Shown: piece by piece, positions 25,001-34,609 of the stretch
Numbering within the stretch: position 1 is the stretch's first letter
Layout: each line of letters begins with the position of its first letter
Assembly (NCBI GenBank): GCA_047638675.1
Contig: JBLIML010000005.1
Location: 1 to 53,145, forward strand
Length of the DNA: 53,145 nucleotides
Source of the DNA: Planctomycetota bacterium
GTDB taxonomy: Bacteria > Pseudomonadota > Gammaproteobacteria > Eutrophobiales > Eutrophobiaceae
Direction of reading: 5' to 3'
The notes under the pieces: generated by a model
Databases searched by the model: none
What the model was told of the DNA's origin: nothing
Seen by the model: the letters and a program-made list of their open reading frames with translations, nothing else
Translations under genes and position numbers: made by a program

Positions 25001-27029
25001 TGGTTTTGCAACAAGCGACGTTGTCTCTATCGCAGGTGCATCGCCAACGGCCTTTAATGGCGCTTCTTTAACTATCACAAAAATAGACGATGATACTTTT
25101 ACCTATACCCTTCCTTCTGCGCAAGGTGATGCCTCCGGCAGTATCCTCGCGGCAAGTGGTACTGGCTCTGCCAGCGCCCGTAGCAACTTGATTGAATGGG
25201 TCAGGGGAGCTGATAACTTTGAAGATGAAAACGCGGATACCACAGTCAGCAGTCCCTACGATATACGCACTTCATCGCATGGTGACGTATTGCACTCACG
25301 TCCGGCGGTGGTCAACTACAATCGACATGGTAACGACGATGACGTCTATATCTTCTACGGTGCTAATGACGGTATCTTTCGTGGTGTAAAGGGAGGCTTT
25401 AATCAAAGCCTTGCCCTCCAACCCTTACCAGGTCATGAGGACTGGGGCTTTATCCCAGAAGAGTTCTTCGGAAGCCTGCAACGCCTGCGTAACAACGAGC
25501 CGACTATCAGTAGCAGCAATAAGAAGGCATATTTTGCCGATGGCACGATTGGTGTGCTGGTAGAAGACAATAGTGGCCCGGGTGGAGCCACTACGCCTGA
25601 CGAAAAACTGGATACAAGCGTTGATAACAACGCCAATCCTGACAGGGTGTTCTTATATGTCTCAATGCGCCGCGGTGGACGCTTCATCTATGCCCTTGAT
25701 GTGAGTGACCCCAGTGATCCCAAGCTATTGTGGAAAAAAAGCAATGCCGATACCGGTTTTGGTGAGTTAGGTCAAACCTGGTCGGCGCCAAGGGTGTTAT
25801 CGCTGGCCATTGACACAGACGGTGCTGGTCTGCTTGATGATGATGACGTGGAGGATGTTGTCATGTTCGGCGCAGGTTATGACCCGACGGTGGAAGATAT
25901 AGACCCAACGACTATCACCGCGGTGAGTTCATCCACAGTCACTGTCGGTGCTTCCACTTATAGCCGCACCATGGGCCGCGGGATTTTTGTTGTCGATGCA
26001 GTCACCGGTACGCCAATCTGGCAGGCAGGTCCAGCGCTTCCCGCCGGCGGCCTTCCAGCACATCCCTATGTCGCAGTAGTTGGGATGGATTATGCCATTC
26101 CATCTGATATTGCTGTGATAACTGACGCCAATGGTTCTATCGATAATCGTGCCTATGTCGGCGATACCGGTGGAAACATATGGCGCGTTGATATGGCTGA
26201 TACCAATGTCAGCAACTGGACCGTGACCAAGTTGGCGTCCGTTGCTGATGTAGATGGTACGCCCGCCCTTGCCGAAGGCATGCGTAAGTTCCTCTTCCCA
26301 CCGGATGTGGTTTATTCCGCTGATGGTTACGACGCCGTACTCATTGGCAGTGGTGATCGTGAACATCCCTTTGATTCTGAGGTCGAAAACCGCTTTTATA
26401 TGTTTAAGGACACGGGCACCTCTCCCGAGGCAGATATCGATACGACAGAAGATAATGATGCCGGTACGACGACTGCAGCCCCCGCCAACCAGCCCACTAT
26501 TGTTGAATCAGATCTGTTTGATGCAACCTTTAATTGTTTGCAAGACGCCAGCGCCTGTGCCACTGACCCAGGTGTTAACGATACAAACGGAGATCTTGTC
26601 GTTGACCAGGCCGATGCGGAAGCAATCATAGCGGCTGGTAGAGGATGGTATATCACCCTCGGTAACGGAGAAAAGGTTGTAGGAAATGCTGTCACGCTAA
26701 ATGCCGTCACCTTTTTTAACACCAACCAGCCCGAATCGACAGCCGATGTTACCGATTGCTCTAGTAATCTGGGTATCGCTCGTCAATATAAAGTGGTGTT
26801 CGATAATGCGACCGCCATTGCGGATGAGAATATCGATGGTTCTACCGACGCTGCGGATCGAAGTAATGTGCACGCTGGTGGTGGCTATCTACCCTCACCG
26901 GTGCCTGTAGTGGTGAAAATAGACGGCAAGGTTCACGTCGGTATTATTTCCGGTGTGGCCGTTGATGAGCCGCCGGGCACACTCCTCGATGCCAGACTCA
27001 GGAAATTCTGGTACAAGGAAATAGAGTAA
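22023..27029 (+). CDS. pilY1: PilY1/PilC-family type IV pilus tip adhesin / biogenesis factor, unusually long at 1668 aa
   Basis: Signal peptide, then an N-terminal vWA-like region (ILIFLDNTANWN). C-terminal PilY1 propeller blocks: GDVLHSRPAVVNY, FYGANDGIFRGV, GGRFIYALDVSDPSDPKLLWK, GQTWSAPRV, VMFGAGYD, AYVGDTGGNIWRVDM, GWYITLGNGEKVVGNAV. RBS aggag lies 8 nt upstream. Confidence 0.9.
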   Translation: MRYFSIIQKNTRLQAFLTTLLLTVCAGIPQTYADFDPVNDDTDIFLSNPNVPAQRPNILIFLDNTANWNTAFDNEKSALVGVVNNLSDQFNVGLLMFPETGGDNDSIDGAYIRFAVRQMTNANKTVLSNLVNGLNKIADKGNNASPAQGMIEIHRYLSGGTSRAGHGKVKTDYASNTDEPGGHPATNAGLGGHALPASPTASSTYTSPIADSCQSNFMIYISNGPAGENASGLSVAEADLAAQGYDTSSVIGLTPSGQQGNWMDEWAKYMANADVSPLGGSQNLTSYVVEVDPGLTGQGPNMTALMESVALNGNGEYFAVSSGNAGTAIVNALNQIFTEIQAVNSVFASSTLPVSVNVRGTNLNQVYIGVFRPDENKSPRWFGNLKMYQLGFNTSTSTLFLSDAAGGEAENPETGFINSSAPSFWTTASTYWSYRTADENGAGGSSDLPDGDLVEKGGAAQNLRLDFAATQAGRDLYTCTGACTDGSSLSSTPFATTNTDITNVALGLGSTAVSPLTGFVTQTGLAITDTFTVTSASTSTGGLTTTLSTDAVGQTITALSSSNSTVITAANDGSISQSFDGLNRATGNPKNPVEATINGHGYSTGTVVTIAGVSASEYNGTFSIIKVDNNVFKYDTGNSNPANSPIFASATATTTSSILTVTAPGHGLTDPGTDGNITLTGIAPTDYNATYSSWSVIGDNISITLASPLASITSFASARIIGGASVVAMATVPSHGYSTNNSVIINGATQTGYNGTRTITVIDANRFRFPVASLIAADNSGTAKAFVGNATVTATATAHGFTNGQVVTIAGTVDTGYGGAFAISNATANTFEYTTLARPANTGSPVTVAAGVTTTASAVIPGHKFVVGDNVDFSGATPTDYNQTTANIDTVVGDTVTYSVAPATPTAATSPFIVKRTLPTAYATLTGHGYLSLGQITIQGADQGGYNKSDAIITVLDADNFRYLIPANVNADATGTITASIKTTTATARAVAHGFATSDVVSIAGASPTAFNGASLTITKIDDDTFTYTLPSAQGDASGSILAASGTGSASARSNLIEWVRGADNFEDENADTTVSSPYDIRTSSHGDVLHSRPAVVNYNRHGNDDDVYIFYGANDGIFRGVKGGFNQSLALQPLPGHEDWGFIPEEFFGSLQRLRNNEPTISSSNKKAYFADGTIGVLVEDNSGPGGATTPDEKLDTSVDNNANPDRVFLYVSMRRGGRFIYALDVSDPSDPKLLWKKSNADTGFGELGQTWSAPRVLSLAIDTDGAGLLDDDDVEDVVMFGAGYDPTVEDIDPTTITAVSSSTVTVGASTYSRTMGRGIFVVDAVTGTPIWQAGPALPAGGLPAHPYVAVVGMDYAIPSDIAVITDANGSIDNRAYVGDTGGNIWRVDMADTNVSNWTVTKLASVADVDGTPALAEGMRKFLFPPDVVYSADGYDAVLIGSGDREHPFDSEVENRFYMFKDTGTSPEADIDTTEDNDAGTTTAAPANQPTIVESDLFDATFNCLQDASACATDPGVNDTNGDLVVDQADAEAIIAAGRGWYITLGNGEKVVGNAVTLNAVTFFNTNQPESTADVTDCSSNLGIARQYKVVFDNATAIADENIDGSTDAADRSNVHAGGGYLPSPVPVVVKIDGKVHVGIISGVAVDEPPGTLLDARLRKFWYKEIE
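23805..25142 (+). repeat. Seven tandem ~65-aa protein repeats inside pilY1 (aa 595-1040)
   Basis: The HG motif recurs at residues 600, 666, 735, 799, 863, 928 and 993. Consensus: A....HG(Y/F)..G..V.I.GA.....YNG....I..V....F.Y. Examples: ATINGHGYSTGTVVTIAGVSASEYNGTFSIIKVDNNVFKY and ARAVAHGFATSDVVSIAGASPTAFNGASLTITKIDDDTFTY. Confidence 0.85.
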
Positions 27030-27036
27030 CAAAGCA

Positions 27037-27546
27037 ATGTCAGCGCTGGAGTTGAATATGACACAAAGATTACTCAGCACAAAAGTGGTGAGAATGATTT
27101 ACGGTAGATCACTCTTTTTACTAGTGGCATTTTGCTTTGTCATAACAAACAACGCTATGGCTACCGCGATGTATAAATGGGTCGACGCCGAGGGTAATAC
27201 AAATTATACGCAGAAGCGCCCAACAGCAGATACTGTATTTACCTCCATTAATCCACCGAGCGAATTTGATTCAGAACGTTCTCAAAAGGATTTGGAGAAA
27301 ACACAAAAATATCTGGGTGATTCGCGCGAACAGCGTCAGAAAAAAGCAGAGGAAAAGCAACGGGCAATTGAGGATAAAGCTATTCAAACTAAAAATTGTG
27401 AACAAGCTAAAAGCAGACTGGCTACCTACACAAAACCCAGAGTGAAATTATTACAAGAAGACGGCAGTCGGGTCAGAGCTACAGAAGAAGTCCGTCAGGC
27501 GCAAATTGCGGAATCTCAGAAATTGATTACAGAGTTTTGCAAGTAG
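27037..27546 (+). CDS. DUF4124-domain protein
   Basis: A signal-like segment followed by MYKWVDAEGNTNYTQKRP, the DUF4124 signature, and a charged coiled C-terminus. The true start may be the internal ATG at 27094 (MIYGRS...). Confidence 0.75.
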   Translation: MSALELNMTQRLLSTKVVRMIYGRSLFLLVAFCFVITNNAMATAMYKWVDAEGNTNYTQKRPTADTVFTSINPPSEFDSERSQKDLEKTQKYLGDSREQRQKKAEEKQRAIEDKAIQTKNCEQAKSRLATYTKPRVKLLQEDGSRVRATEEVRQAQIAESQKLITEFCK

Positions 27547-27737
27547 ACTCGATATCGAATTCATGACAGGTACTCAAAATATAGCAATCGCTTGAATATT
27601 TCGCGCGATGATGGGTGTGAAAATTCGAAGTACTTGTATATATCAAATATTAATTCACTGAAATTTGTTTTCTGTCCGCAGTGGAGAATGAACAAAATAA
27701 CCTTAGCGTAAAGAATTAATACGTCATTGATTTTAAA

Positions 27738-27813
<76 letters not shown>

Positions 27814-27830
27814 TATATTTCAGGAAGCGC

Positions 27831-27859
27831 ATTATAGAAGAGCTTGGGCTATCTCTCAA
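27831..27859 (-). promoter_or_regulatory. Sigma70 promoter of tRNA-Thr
   Basis: On the minus strand: TTGAGA (27854-27859), a 17-nt spacer, TATAAT (27831-27836), then the GC-rich discriminator gcgcttcc. The mature 5' end of the tRNA lies 17 nt after the -10 box. Confidence 0.65.
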
Positions 27860-28007
27860 GACTTAGCAGCCTGATTGCGCCTATTTTGCTGCGATACAAT
27901 TACAGGAGTGAGTTGACTCAAATAGTATTGATATCGCCGTTACCGGAATAGACAATCTTAAACTTTATGAAGAGGAATTTCAGATTATGAAAAGTAATCT
28001 CACGGCA

Positions 28008-28136
28008 TTATTCCCAAGTTTTTTCTTTTTTACCCTCGGCATCGACCCATTTGTACATTTCTGCATACGCGACTGAAGTGGAGAGAGAAATTGCCGCTAA
28101 CAACAGGAATTGGGCGGGAAATAGTATTATGCTCAT
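28008..28136 (-). CDS. 42-aa ORF resembling a truncated DUF4124 N-terminus; possibly a gene fragment
   Basis: My own translation gives MSIILFPAQFLLLAAISLSTSVAYAEMYKWVDAEGKKEKTWE*. This is a signal peptide plus a YKWVDAEG motif. 27 of 29 nt are identical to the same motif in the gene at 27037. It is below the ORF-track size cut-off. Confidence 0.35.
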   Translation of the reverse strand: MSIILFPAQFLLLAAISLSTSVAYAEMYKWVDAEGKKEKTWE

Positions 28137-28291
28137 GAAATCGGGTGTTTTCTGAGATGGAGTTAACATAAATAAAGCCTATAATTTGTCTCGTATATAT
28201 ATGATTATATGATTAAATGAAGGTTCCCGGATAAACATTTAGTCATTACTACCAACCACGGGTAGTTCCTTCACGTTCAGAGGAAGCGCTT

Positions 28292-28750
28292 ATGAAACAG
28301 TTAACACCAATTCCTGCTTTTATTGTTCTTTTACTTTGCTCAAACATCTCATGGGCGACAGACATACGCGAATGTGAAGATGAATTGGGTGAAAGGTCTT
28401 TCCAAAAATACTGTCCTGCGGGAAGTAAGTTTCTTGGTGAGATAACTTACTCTGGCAAATCGCCTAAATCAAAAGTCGTTTTGCCGGCGCTCGTGCTCTA
28501 CTCTGTGCCTGAATGTGAAGTCTGCGATCTTACGCGCTCGGATCTCTCCGAGAAAAATATTGCTTTCACGGAGAAAAACATAAAAGACAATGGTGAACTG
28601 CAGCTGGAATTAAAGACAAAAACAGGCGGTGAATTAAGAGTACCTGTCTTGTTAATTGGTGAACAGGTGATAACGGGCTATGACGCCGCAAACCTGAAAA
28701 TAGCACTTACCAAAGCAGGCTATATAGTCGAAGATAATCCTGAAGAATAA
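28292..28750 (+). CDS. Exported glutaredoxin-family protein
   Basis: Signal peptide (MKQLTPIPAFIVLLLCSNISWA), a CxxC motif (VLYSVPECEVCD) and a glutaredoxin C-terminal pattern (RVPVLLIGEQVITGYD). Confidence 0.7.
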   Translation: MKQLTPIPAFIVLLLCSNISWATDIRECEDELGERSFQKYCPAGSKFLGEITYSGKSPKSKVVLPALVLYSVPECEVCDLTRSDLSEKNIAFTEKNIKDNGELQLELKTKTGGELRVPVLLIGEQVITGYDAANLKIALTKAGYIVEDNPEE

Positions 28751-28764
28751 ATTGGTAGATCCCC

Positions 28765-29703
28765 TTAGAGAGCCAGTTCTTTGGGCAGGGAAAAAACAAC
28801 CGTTTCCCTGATACCTGGGGCTTCAATCACGACATCGGCGCCCCATTCCTTAATTTTGTTGATAACTTCCTCGACCAGCACCTGTGGTGCGGATGCCCCG
28901 GCTGTTAAACCAATTTTATCTTTACCCTCTATCCATTCACGTTGTATTTCAGAGGCATTGTCAATCAGGTAGGATGGCACGCCGACTTTTTGTGAGATTT
29001 CCATTAAGCGGGTTGAGTTGGAACTGTTTTGTGAACCAACCACCAGGATAACCTCACACACGGAGGTTAGCTTCTTGACTGCATCCTGGCGATTTTGAGT
29101 CGCATAACAAATATCCTCTTTTTTAGGTCCAACAATCTCTGGAAATCTTTCACGTAGCGCATCAATCACCTCTGCCGTGTCGTCCATAGACAAGGTTGTC
29201 TGTGTAACAAACGCCAGGAAGTCGGGTCTTTTAACCTGCATACGTTTTACATCTTCAACTGACTCCACCAGATACATACCACCATCGCCATTCTTGCTGC
29301 GATATTGACCTAGTGTGCCTTCCACCTCCGGATGGCCTGCGTGTCCGATTAAAATACATTCCCTTCCCTCATCCTGGTAGTGACCCACTTCCATATGAAC
29401 TTTGGTCACCAAAGGGCAAATAGCATCGAATATTCGTAAGCTGCGTCTCGCTGCCTCCTCCCTGACGGCCTTGGCCACGCCGTGCGCACTGAAGATAACC
29501 GTCGCATCGTCTGGCACTTCGTCCAGCTCTTCAACAAAAACAGCACCTTTGCCACGTAATGACTCAACCACATATTTATTGTGAACCACCTCGTGTCGTA
29601 CATAGACCGGCGCACCAAAAATCTCCAGGGCACGTTCAACTATTTCAATGGCGCGATCTACCCCGGCACAAAAACCCCGTGGGTTGGCTAATGTAATTTG
29701 CAT
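28765..29703 (-). CDS. ispH: 4-hydroxy-3-methylbut-2-enyl diphosphate reductase
   Basis: [23 protein letters not shown]..., full-length LytB/IspH pattern, 312 aa. Confidence 0.97.
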   Translation of the reverse strand: MQITLANPRGFCAGVDRAIEIVERALEIFGAPVYVRHEVVHNKYVVESLRGKGAVFVEELDEVPDDATVIFSAHGVAKAVREEAARRSLRIFDAICPLVTKVHMEVGHYQDEGRECILIGHAGHPEVEGTLGQYRSKNGDGGMYLVESVEDVKRMQVKRPDFLAFVTQTTLSMDDTAEVIDALRERFPEIVGPKKEDICYATQNRQDAVKKLTSVCEVILVVGSQNSSNSTRLMEISQKVGVPSYLIDNASEIQREWIEGKDKIGLTAGASAPQVLVEEVINKIKEWGADVVIEAPGIRETVVFSLPKELAL

Positions 29704-29799
29704 ATCACTATCCTTTATTGCTACTTAGAAGAAGATAAAGCGAAATTATCGCCTAATCTATGGGTAATTAATACTGGGAGTCTCACATTCTTTTTTCTC

Positions 29800-30315
29800 T
29801 CAATTAGAAGAACGCGGCTTCTTTGAACTCATTTCAGCTTGATCAAACCAGATGGCATCGATAATCAACATTCCAGCGCCCACACAAATAGCAGAATCGG
29901 CTACGTTAAATGCTGGCCAATACCATTTATCGTAATAGACCTGGATAAAGTCGATAACATAGCCAAGACTGACACGATCCCAAAGGTTTCCGAGGGCACC
30001 GCCTAGCACCAGTGCAAGGGCGACAGCTAACCATCTTCTTTGTGCCGGCAAAGTACTCAACCAATAGATCAAAGCGATACTGACTCCACTGGTCAGTATA
30101 ATGAAAAACCACCTTTGCCACCCCCCTGCCTGACTCAGGAAACTGAAGGCAGCACCGGTATTATGCACCAGTGTCAGATTAAATCCGTAGATGATTTCGT
30201 TGGCCTGTTGATACACCAGATATTTTGTTGCGGCATTTTTGCTTACCTGATCACAAATAATAATAAGCAATGAAAGCCACATCCACTTTAGGGAATTACT
30301 GCCCTTCATCAACAA
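29800..30315 (-). CDS. lspA: Lipoprotein signal peptidase (signal peptidase II)
   Basis: Four TM helices, with NTGAAFSF and FNVADSAI blocks. It overlaps the ileS stop by 7 nt. Confidence 0.95.
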   Translation of the reverse strand: MLMKGSNSLKWMWLSLLIIICDQVSKNAATKYLVYQQANEIIYGFNLTLVHNTGAAFSFLSQAGGWQRWFFIILTSGVSIALIYWLSTLPAQRRWLAVALALVLGGALGNLWDRVSLGYVIDFIQVYYDKWYWPAFNVADSAICVGAGMLIIDAIWFDQAEMSSKKPRSSN

Positions 30316-33104
30316 TACTTCCTGGTTTCACCGTCACCATCGATATTCTCAACACAGCGGCCGCATAGTTCCGGGTGCGCGGAGTCACTGCCAACATCTT
30401 CTCTGTGGTGCCAACACCGAATACATTTCTCATGCTGTGACGGTCTTACCTTAAGAAATAATCCTTCCAGCTCGCCTGTCACCGCGTCATCAGGTCGTTC
30501 ACTTTCATCATGAACACTTGCATAAGATGTGATAAACACAAAACGTAATTCATCCTCCAGTGTTTCAAGAATTTTTTTAAGTTCACTGTTCGCATAGATC
30601 TGGACTTCCGCATCAAGGGATGAACCTATGGCGCCGGTAACACGTAATTTTTCCAGTTCTTTACTGACTTCTTCTCTCACCATAATTATTTTCGGCCAGC
30701 ATTCGTCTGTTTTTTCAGATCCCGGCATTTGCTGATACCACTCTTCGAAAAAAACAGACTCACCACGTTCACCTGGCAAGTGCTGCCAAATCTCTTCTGC
30801 TGTAAAACTCAGTATAGGCGATAACCAGCGCGTAAATGCTTCGGCGATGTGATACATCGTCGTCTGTGCAGAACGTCGAGCAAGACTCTCAGACTGACAG
30901 GTATACATGCGATCTTTAATTATATCGAGGTAGAAACCGCCCAGTGTGACGACACAATAGTGATGCAGTGCCTGATAAATCTGGTGAAACTGATAGGACT
31001 CGTAGGCTTCAATGATTTCTTCCTGCAATTCGGCAGTTTGCTCTAGTATCCATCTGTCCAGATACAGAAGATCATCCATCTTCATACAATCGCTGCTCGG
31101 ATCAAATCCATGCAAATTGGAGAGCAAATATCGAGCGGTGTTGCGGATCCGGCGATAGGCATCTGCCATGCGAGTCAGGATCTCATCAGAGACACTCATC
31201 TCAGCACGATAATCGGTCGCCGCAACCCAAAGTCTTAATACATCGCCACCGAGAGTCTTCATTATTTTCTGAGGGGCGACGACATTGCCACGCGACTTGG
31301 ACATTTTCATGCCTTTTGCATCGACTGTAAATCCGTGAGTCAACACACCCTTATAAGGCGCGCAGTCGTTCATGGCGATAGACGTCAATAAAGAAGACTG
31401 GAACCAGCCTCGATGTTGATCTGAACCTTCCAGATACAAATCCGCGGGAAAACTCAGACGATCATCCTGTTTCAGAACTGACGCATGAGTGACTCCGGAG
31501 TCAAACCACACATCCAGCGTGTCGGTGACCTTGGCATACTTTGCAGCGTCATCACCTAATAATTCCTGGGGATCCAGATCAAACCAGGCGTCAATACCGC
31601 CCTCCTCGATTCGCCGCGCCACCTTTTCCAATAATTGTGAGGTATCCGGATGTAGTTCCTGTGTTTCACGATGGATAAACACAGCGATGGGCACACCCCA
31701 TGTGCGTTGTCGGGAAATACACCAGTCTGGTCGATTATTAACCATACCTTCAATGCGTTCTTCACCCCATGAGGGTTCCCACGCTACGTCTTTAATAGCC
31801 TCAAGTGCATTCGCCCGTAGGCCATTTGCATCCATGCTGATGAACCACTGTGGCGTGGAACGAAAAATGATGGGGGTCTTATGTCGCCAGCAATGTGGAT
31901 AACTGTGCGTCAATTTTTCATTGTGTACGAGAGTTGATTTTTCTTGCAGCACATCGATGATGGCGGCATTGGCCTTAAAAACATGTTCGCCCGCAAACAA
32001 TTCGGTATCAGCGAGGAAACAACCATTGTCACCTACGGGGTTAACAACCTCAAGACCATAACGATTACCGACAATGAAGTCATCCTGACCATGTGCTGGT
32101 GCGGTATGTACCGCACCGGTACCCGCTTCAAGATTGACATGATCGCCCAAAATAACCGGCACACGGCGATCGTAAAAGGGATGCTGAAGTTGTAGGCCTT
32201 CCAAATCGGCACCCTTGCATTCAGCCAGTATTTGATGCGCGTCGAAACCGTAACGTTGCAAGGCCGATTGACAAAGCCCTTCCGCCAAAATCAGAACCTC
32301 ATCGCCAACGTCAACCAGGGCATAGTTAAGATCAGCATGTAGAGCCACTGCCTGGTTGGCTGGCAAGGTCCACGGCGTCGTCGTCCAAATAACGACTGAA
32401 ACAGACCCGGATATATTGTCCACAGAAAATCTTTTTAGCAGGTCTGACTTATCGACAAGGCCAAAGCGTACATCAATCGACGGCGATTCCTTATTCTCAT
32501 ATTCAACTTCCGCTTCTGCCAGCGCCGAGCCACAATCAGTACACCAGTGCACGGGCTTGACACCTTTTTGCAGATGACCTTTCTCAATTATCTTCCCCAA
32601 GGATCTGACGATATTCGCCTCGGTATCAAAAGCCATTGTCAGGTAGGGACGCTGCCAGTCACCGAAGATCCCGAGTCGTTTAAAATCTTCTCTCTGCTTT
32701 TCAACCTGCTTTTGAGCATAATCACGACAGGCATTTCTAAACTCACTCGCCTGTACTTTATGACCCGCCTTGCCCACTTTTTTCTCCACCATTAATTCGA
32801 TTGGTAGACCATGACAATCCCAACCAGGCACATAGGGTGCATCCTTACCGCCGAGGCCCTGTGACTTAATAATGATGTCTTTGAGAATTTTGTTTACCGC
32901 ATGGCCAATATGTATATCACCATTGGCGTAGGGAGGCCCATCGTGAAGAATGAATGTCGGTTTACCGGCTTTGATTTCTCTAATTTTTCCATAGAGATCC
33001 ATCTCTTCCCAATGTTTAAGCATCGTGGGTTCGCGCTGAGCCAGGTTACCCTTCATAGGAAAGCCGGTAGTCGGAAGATTTAATGTGTCTTTATAGTTAC
33101 TCAT
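30309..33104 (-). CDS. ileS: Isoleucine--tRNA ligase
   Basis: [14 protein letters not shown] (HIGH), KMSKSRGN (KMSKS), and a C-terminal zinc-finger CIRCWHH...CGRC. 931 aa. Confidence 0.98.
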   Translation of the reverse strand: MSNYKDTLNLPTTGFPMKGNLAQREPTMLKHWEEMDLYGKIREIKAGKPTFILHDGPPYANGDIHIGHAVNKILKDIIIKSQGLGGKDAPYVPGWDCHGLPIELMVEKKVGKAGHKVQASEFRNACRDYAQKQVEKQREDFKRLGIFGDWQRPYLTMAFDTEANIVRSLGKIIEKGHLQKGVKPVHWCTDCGSALAEAEVEYENKESPSIDVRFGLVDKSDLLKRFSVDNISGSVSVVIWTTTPWTLPANQAVALHADLNYALVDVGDEVLILAEGLCQSALQRYGFDAHQILAECKGADLEGLQLQHPFYDRRVPVILGDHVNLEAGTGAVHTAPAHGQDDFIVGNRYGLEVVNPVGDNGCFLADTELFAGEHVFKANAAIIDVLQEKSTLVHNEKLTHSYPHCWRHKTPIIFRSTPQWFISMDANGLRANALEAIKDVAWEPSWGEERIEGMVNNRPDWCISRQRTWGVPIAVFIHRETQELHPDTSQLLEKVARRIEEGGIDAWFDLDPQELLGDDAAKYAKVTDTLDVWFDSGVTHASVLKQDDRLSFPADLYLEGSDQHRGWFQSSLLTSIAMNDCAPYKGVLTHGFTVDAKGMKMSKSRGNVVAPQKIMKTLGGDVLRLWVAATDYRAEMSVSDEILTRMADAYRRIRNTARYLLSNLHGFDPSSDCMKMDDLLYLDRWILEQTAELQEEIIEAYESYQFHQIYQALHHYCVVTLGGFYLDIIKDRMYTCQSESLARRSAQTTMYHIAEAFTRWLSPILSFTAEEIWQHLPGERGESVFFEEWYQQMPGSEKTDECWPKIIMVREEVSKELEKLRVTGAIGSSLDAEVQIYANSELKKILETLEDELRFVFITSYASVHDESERPDDAVTGELEGLFLKVRPSQHEKCIRCWHHREDVGSDSAHPELCGRCVENIDGDGETRKYC

Positions 33105-33179
33105 TAACTTTTACAGGGTTCAATTTTTTTGCCTGGTTTTGATAATGTACTGTGATTTTTTAAACATTTAAAAAAACAA

Positions 33180-34145
33180 TTATGTCGCATAATTAATTTC
33201 GCCAAAAAAATCTCTGGCGGCCTGTGAATCTATCGCAATCTGATCGACAAGCTGATCGATTGAAGTGAATTTTTTCTCATCACGTAATCGTTTAAAAAAC
33301 TCGACGCTGATATGTTTCCCGTAAATTTCTTTATTGAAGTCAAATAAATGCGCCTCCAACAGTAACTTCTTCTCATCAAACACGGGTCGCGTACCTAAAT
33401 TTGCGACACCCAAATGTGTGGAATCATCCACCCCTTTAATACTGACGGCGAATACGCCGCGAATAGGTACATAACGTTTGCTGAGATCAATATTCGCCGT
33501 TGGAAATCCCAGTTCACGACCACGCTTTGCCCCATGAACGACGCGTCCACTAATACTAAAATAACGCCCCAATAGTATTTGTGCTTCTTCGAAATGACTG
33601 TTTACGAGCTTTTCCCGAATGGCACTACTACTAACCCGATCACCGTCGAGCATATGAGTTTCGGTAGGGATCACATCAAAACCTAACTGCTTACCAAATG
33701 CCTCCAGAGTGTGAATATCCCCTTGCCTGCCTTTACCAAACTTAAAATCATCGCCAATGATGAGTCGTTTAACACCCAGATCTTCTGACAATATTTGTTT
33801 TACAAACTGCTCCGCCGATAAATCGGCAATTGCATCCTGGAAACGAAGGCATAACACACGATCAATGTCCTGCAGCTTTAGTATTTCCAGCTTTTCTCTA
33901 AAACTGGTTAAACGGGTTGGCGCGTCTCCCGATCTAAAAAACTCCTGCGGGTGAGGTTCAAACGTTATAACGAGAGCGGGCAAATCCAGCACTTCGGCAT
34001 GTCGCTTGAGTTGCCTCAGTACCGCCTGATGACCCAAATGCACGCCATCATAGTTGCCAATGGTGGCAACACAGCCATGATGACGTGATTTTAGATTATA
34101 CGAATATCGAATCAGTTCCATTTTTGTTAGCTCATTTACCTTCAC
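33180..34145 (-). CDS. ribF: Bifunctional riboflavin kinase / FAD synthetase
   Basis: GNYDGVHLGHQAV (FAD synthetase), GFPTANI and EAHLFDF (riboflavin kinase). The start is more likely the internal ATG at 34121 (MELIRYS...). Confidence 0.95.
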   Translation of the reverse strand: MKVNELTKMELIRYSYNLKSRHHGCVATIGNYDGVHLGHQAVLRQLKRHAEVLDLPALVITFEPHPQEFFRSGDAPTRLTSFREKLEILKLQDIDRVLCLRFQDAIADLSAEQFVKQILSEDLGVKRLIIGDDFKFGKGRQGDIHTLEAFGKQLGFDVIPTETHMLDGDRVSSSAIREKLVNSHFEEAQILLGRYFSISGRVVHGAKRGRELGFPTANIDLSKRYVPIRGVFAVSIKGVDDSTHLGVANLGTRPVFDEKKLLLEAHLFDFNKEIYGKHISVEFFKRLRDEKKFTSIDQLVDQIAIDSQAARDFFGEINYAT

Positions 34146-34609
34146 ATATTGGCTGAAATGCCATTTCGTGTATCCGAATATGGACAGTTCATAATTTTGG
34201 ATAATTGTTCACAACGCCGACTATCACGCGCAATGATGCCTTAAAAAGACAATCATAATCATATCAACCAAAACGGGTGAAATTAGCAGAAATAGCGCAA
34301 GCCAGGCAAGCTATGATGACAAAAACCAACATAGTAACTTTACTGCGGTAAATGAGCCAATCCCTTTGATGGATAATTCTCTCACTCTAAGACGAGATAG
34401 TAAGTGTATTGGCCCCATTTATCTATCCGCAACGATATCCGTAAGTCTGGAAAAAGGAGGTTCTGCTTAGAAGTAGACCTTACTTCCCGACGCCAATTCC
34501 TGAGATGAGCCCATCAACACAACTCAAGTGGACTGAGAATAAACTGATGTCGCTAATTTAACTTTGCAGGACTTGCCTGAATTGGCATATTGGCGCGGAC
34601 TTCACGATC

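Noticed and set aside
25734-25740. Homopolymer tracts as phase-variation switches: A7 in pilY1, and also A8 at 1161-1168 in egtB
   Set aside because: They are too short for efficient slipped-strand mispairing, and there is no evidence of frame disruption. Neisserial pilC uses much longer G tracts.
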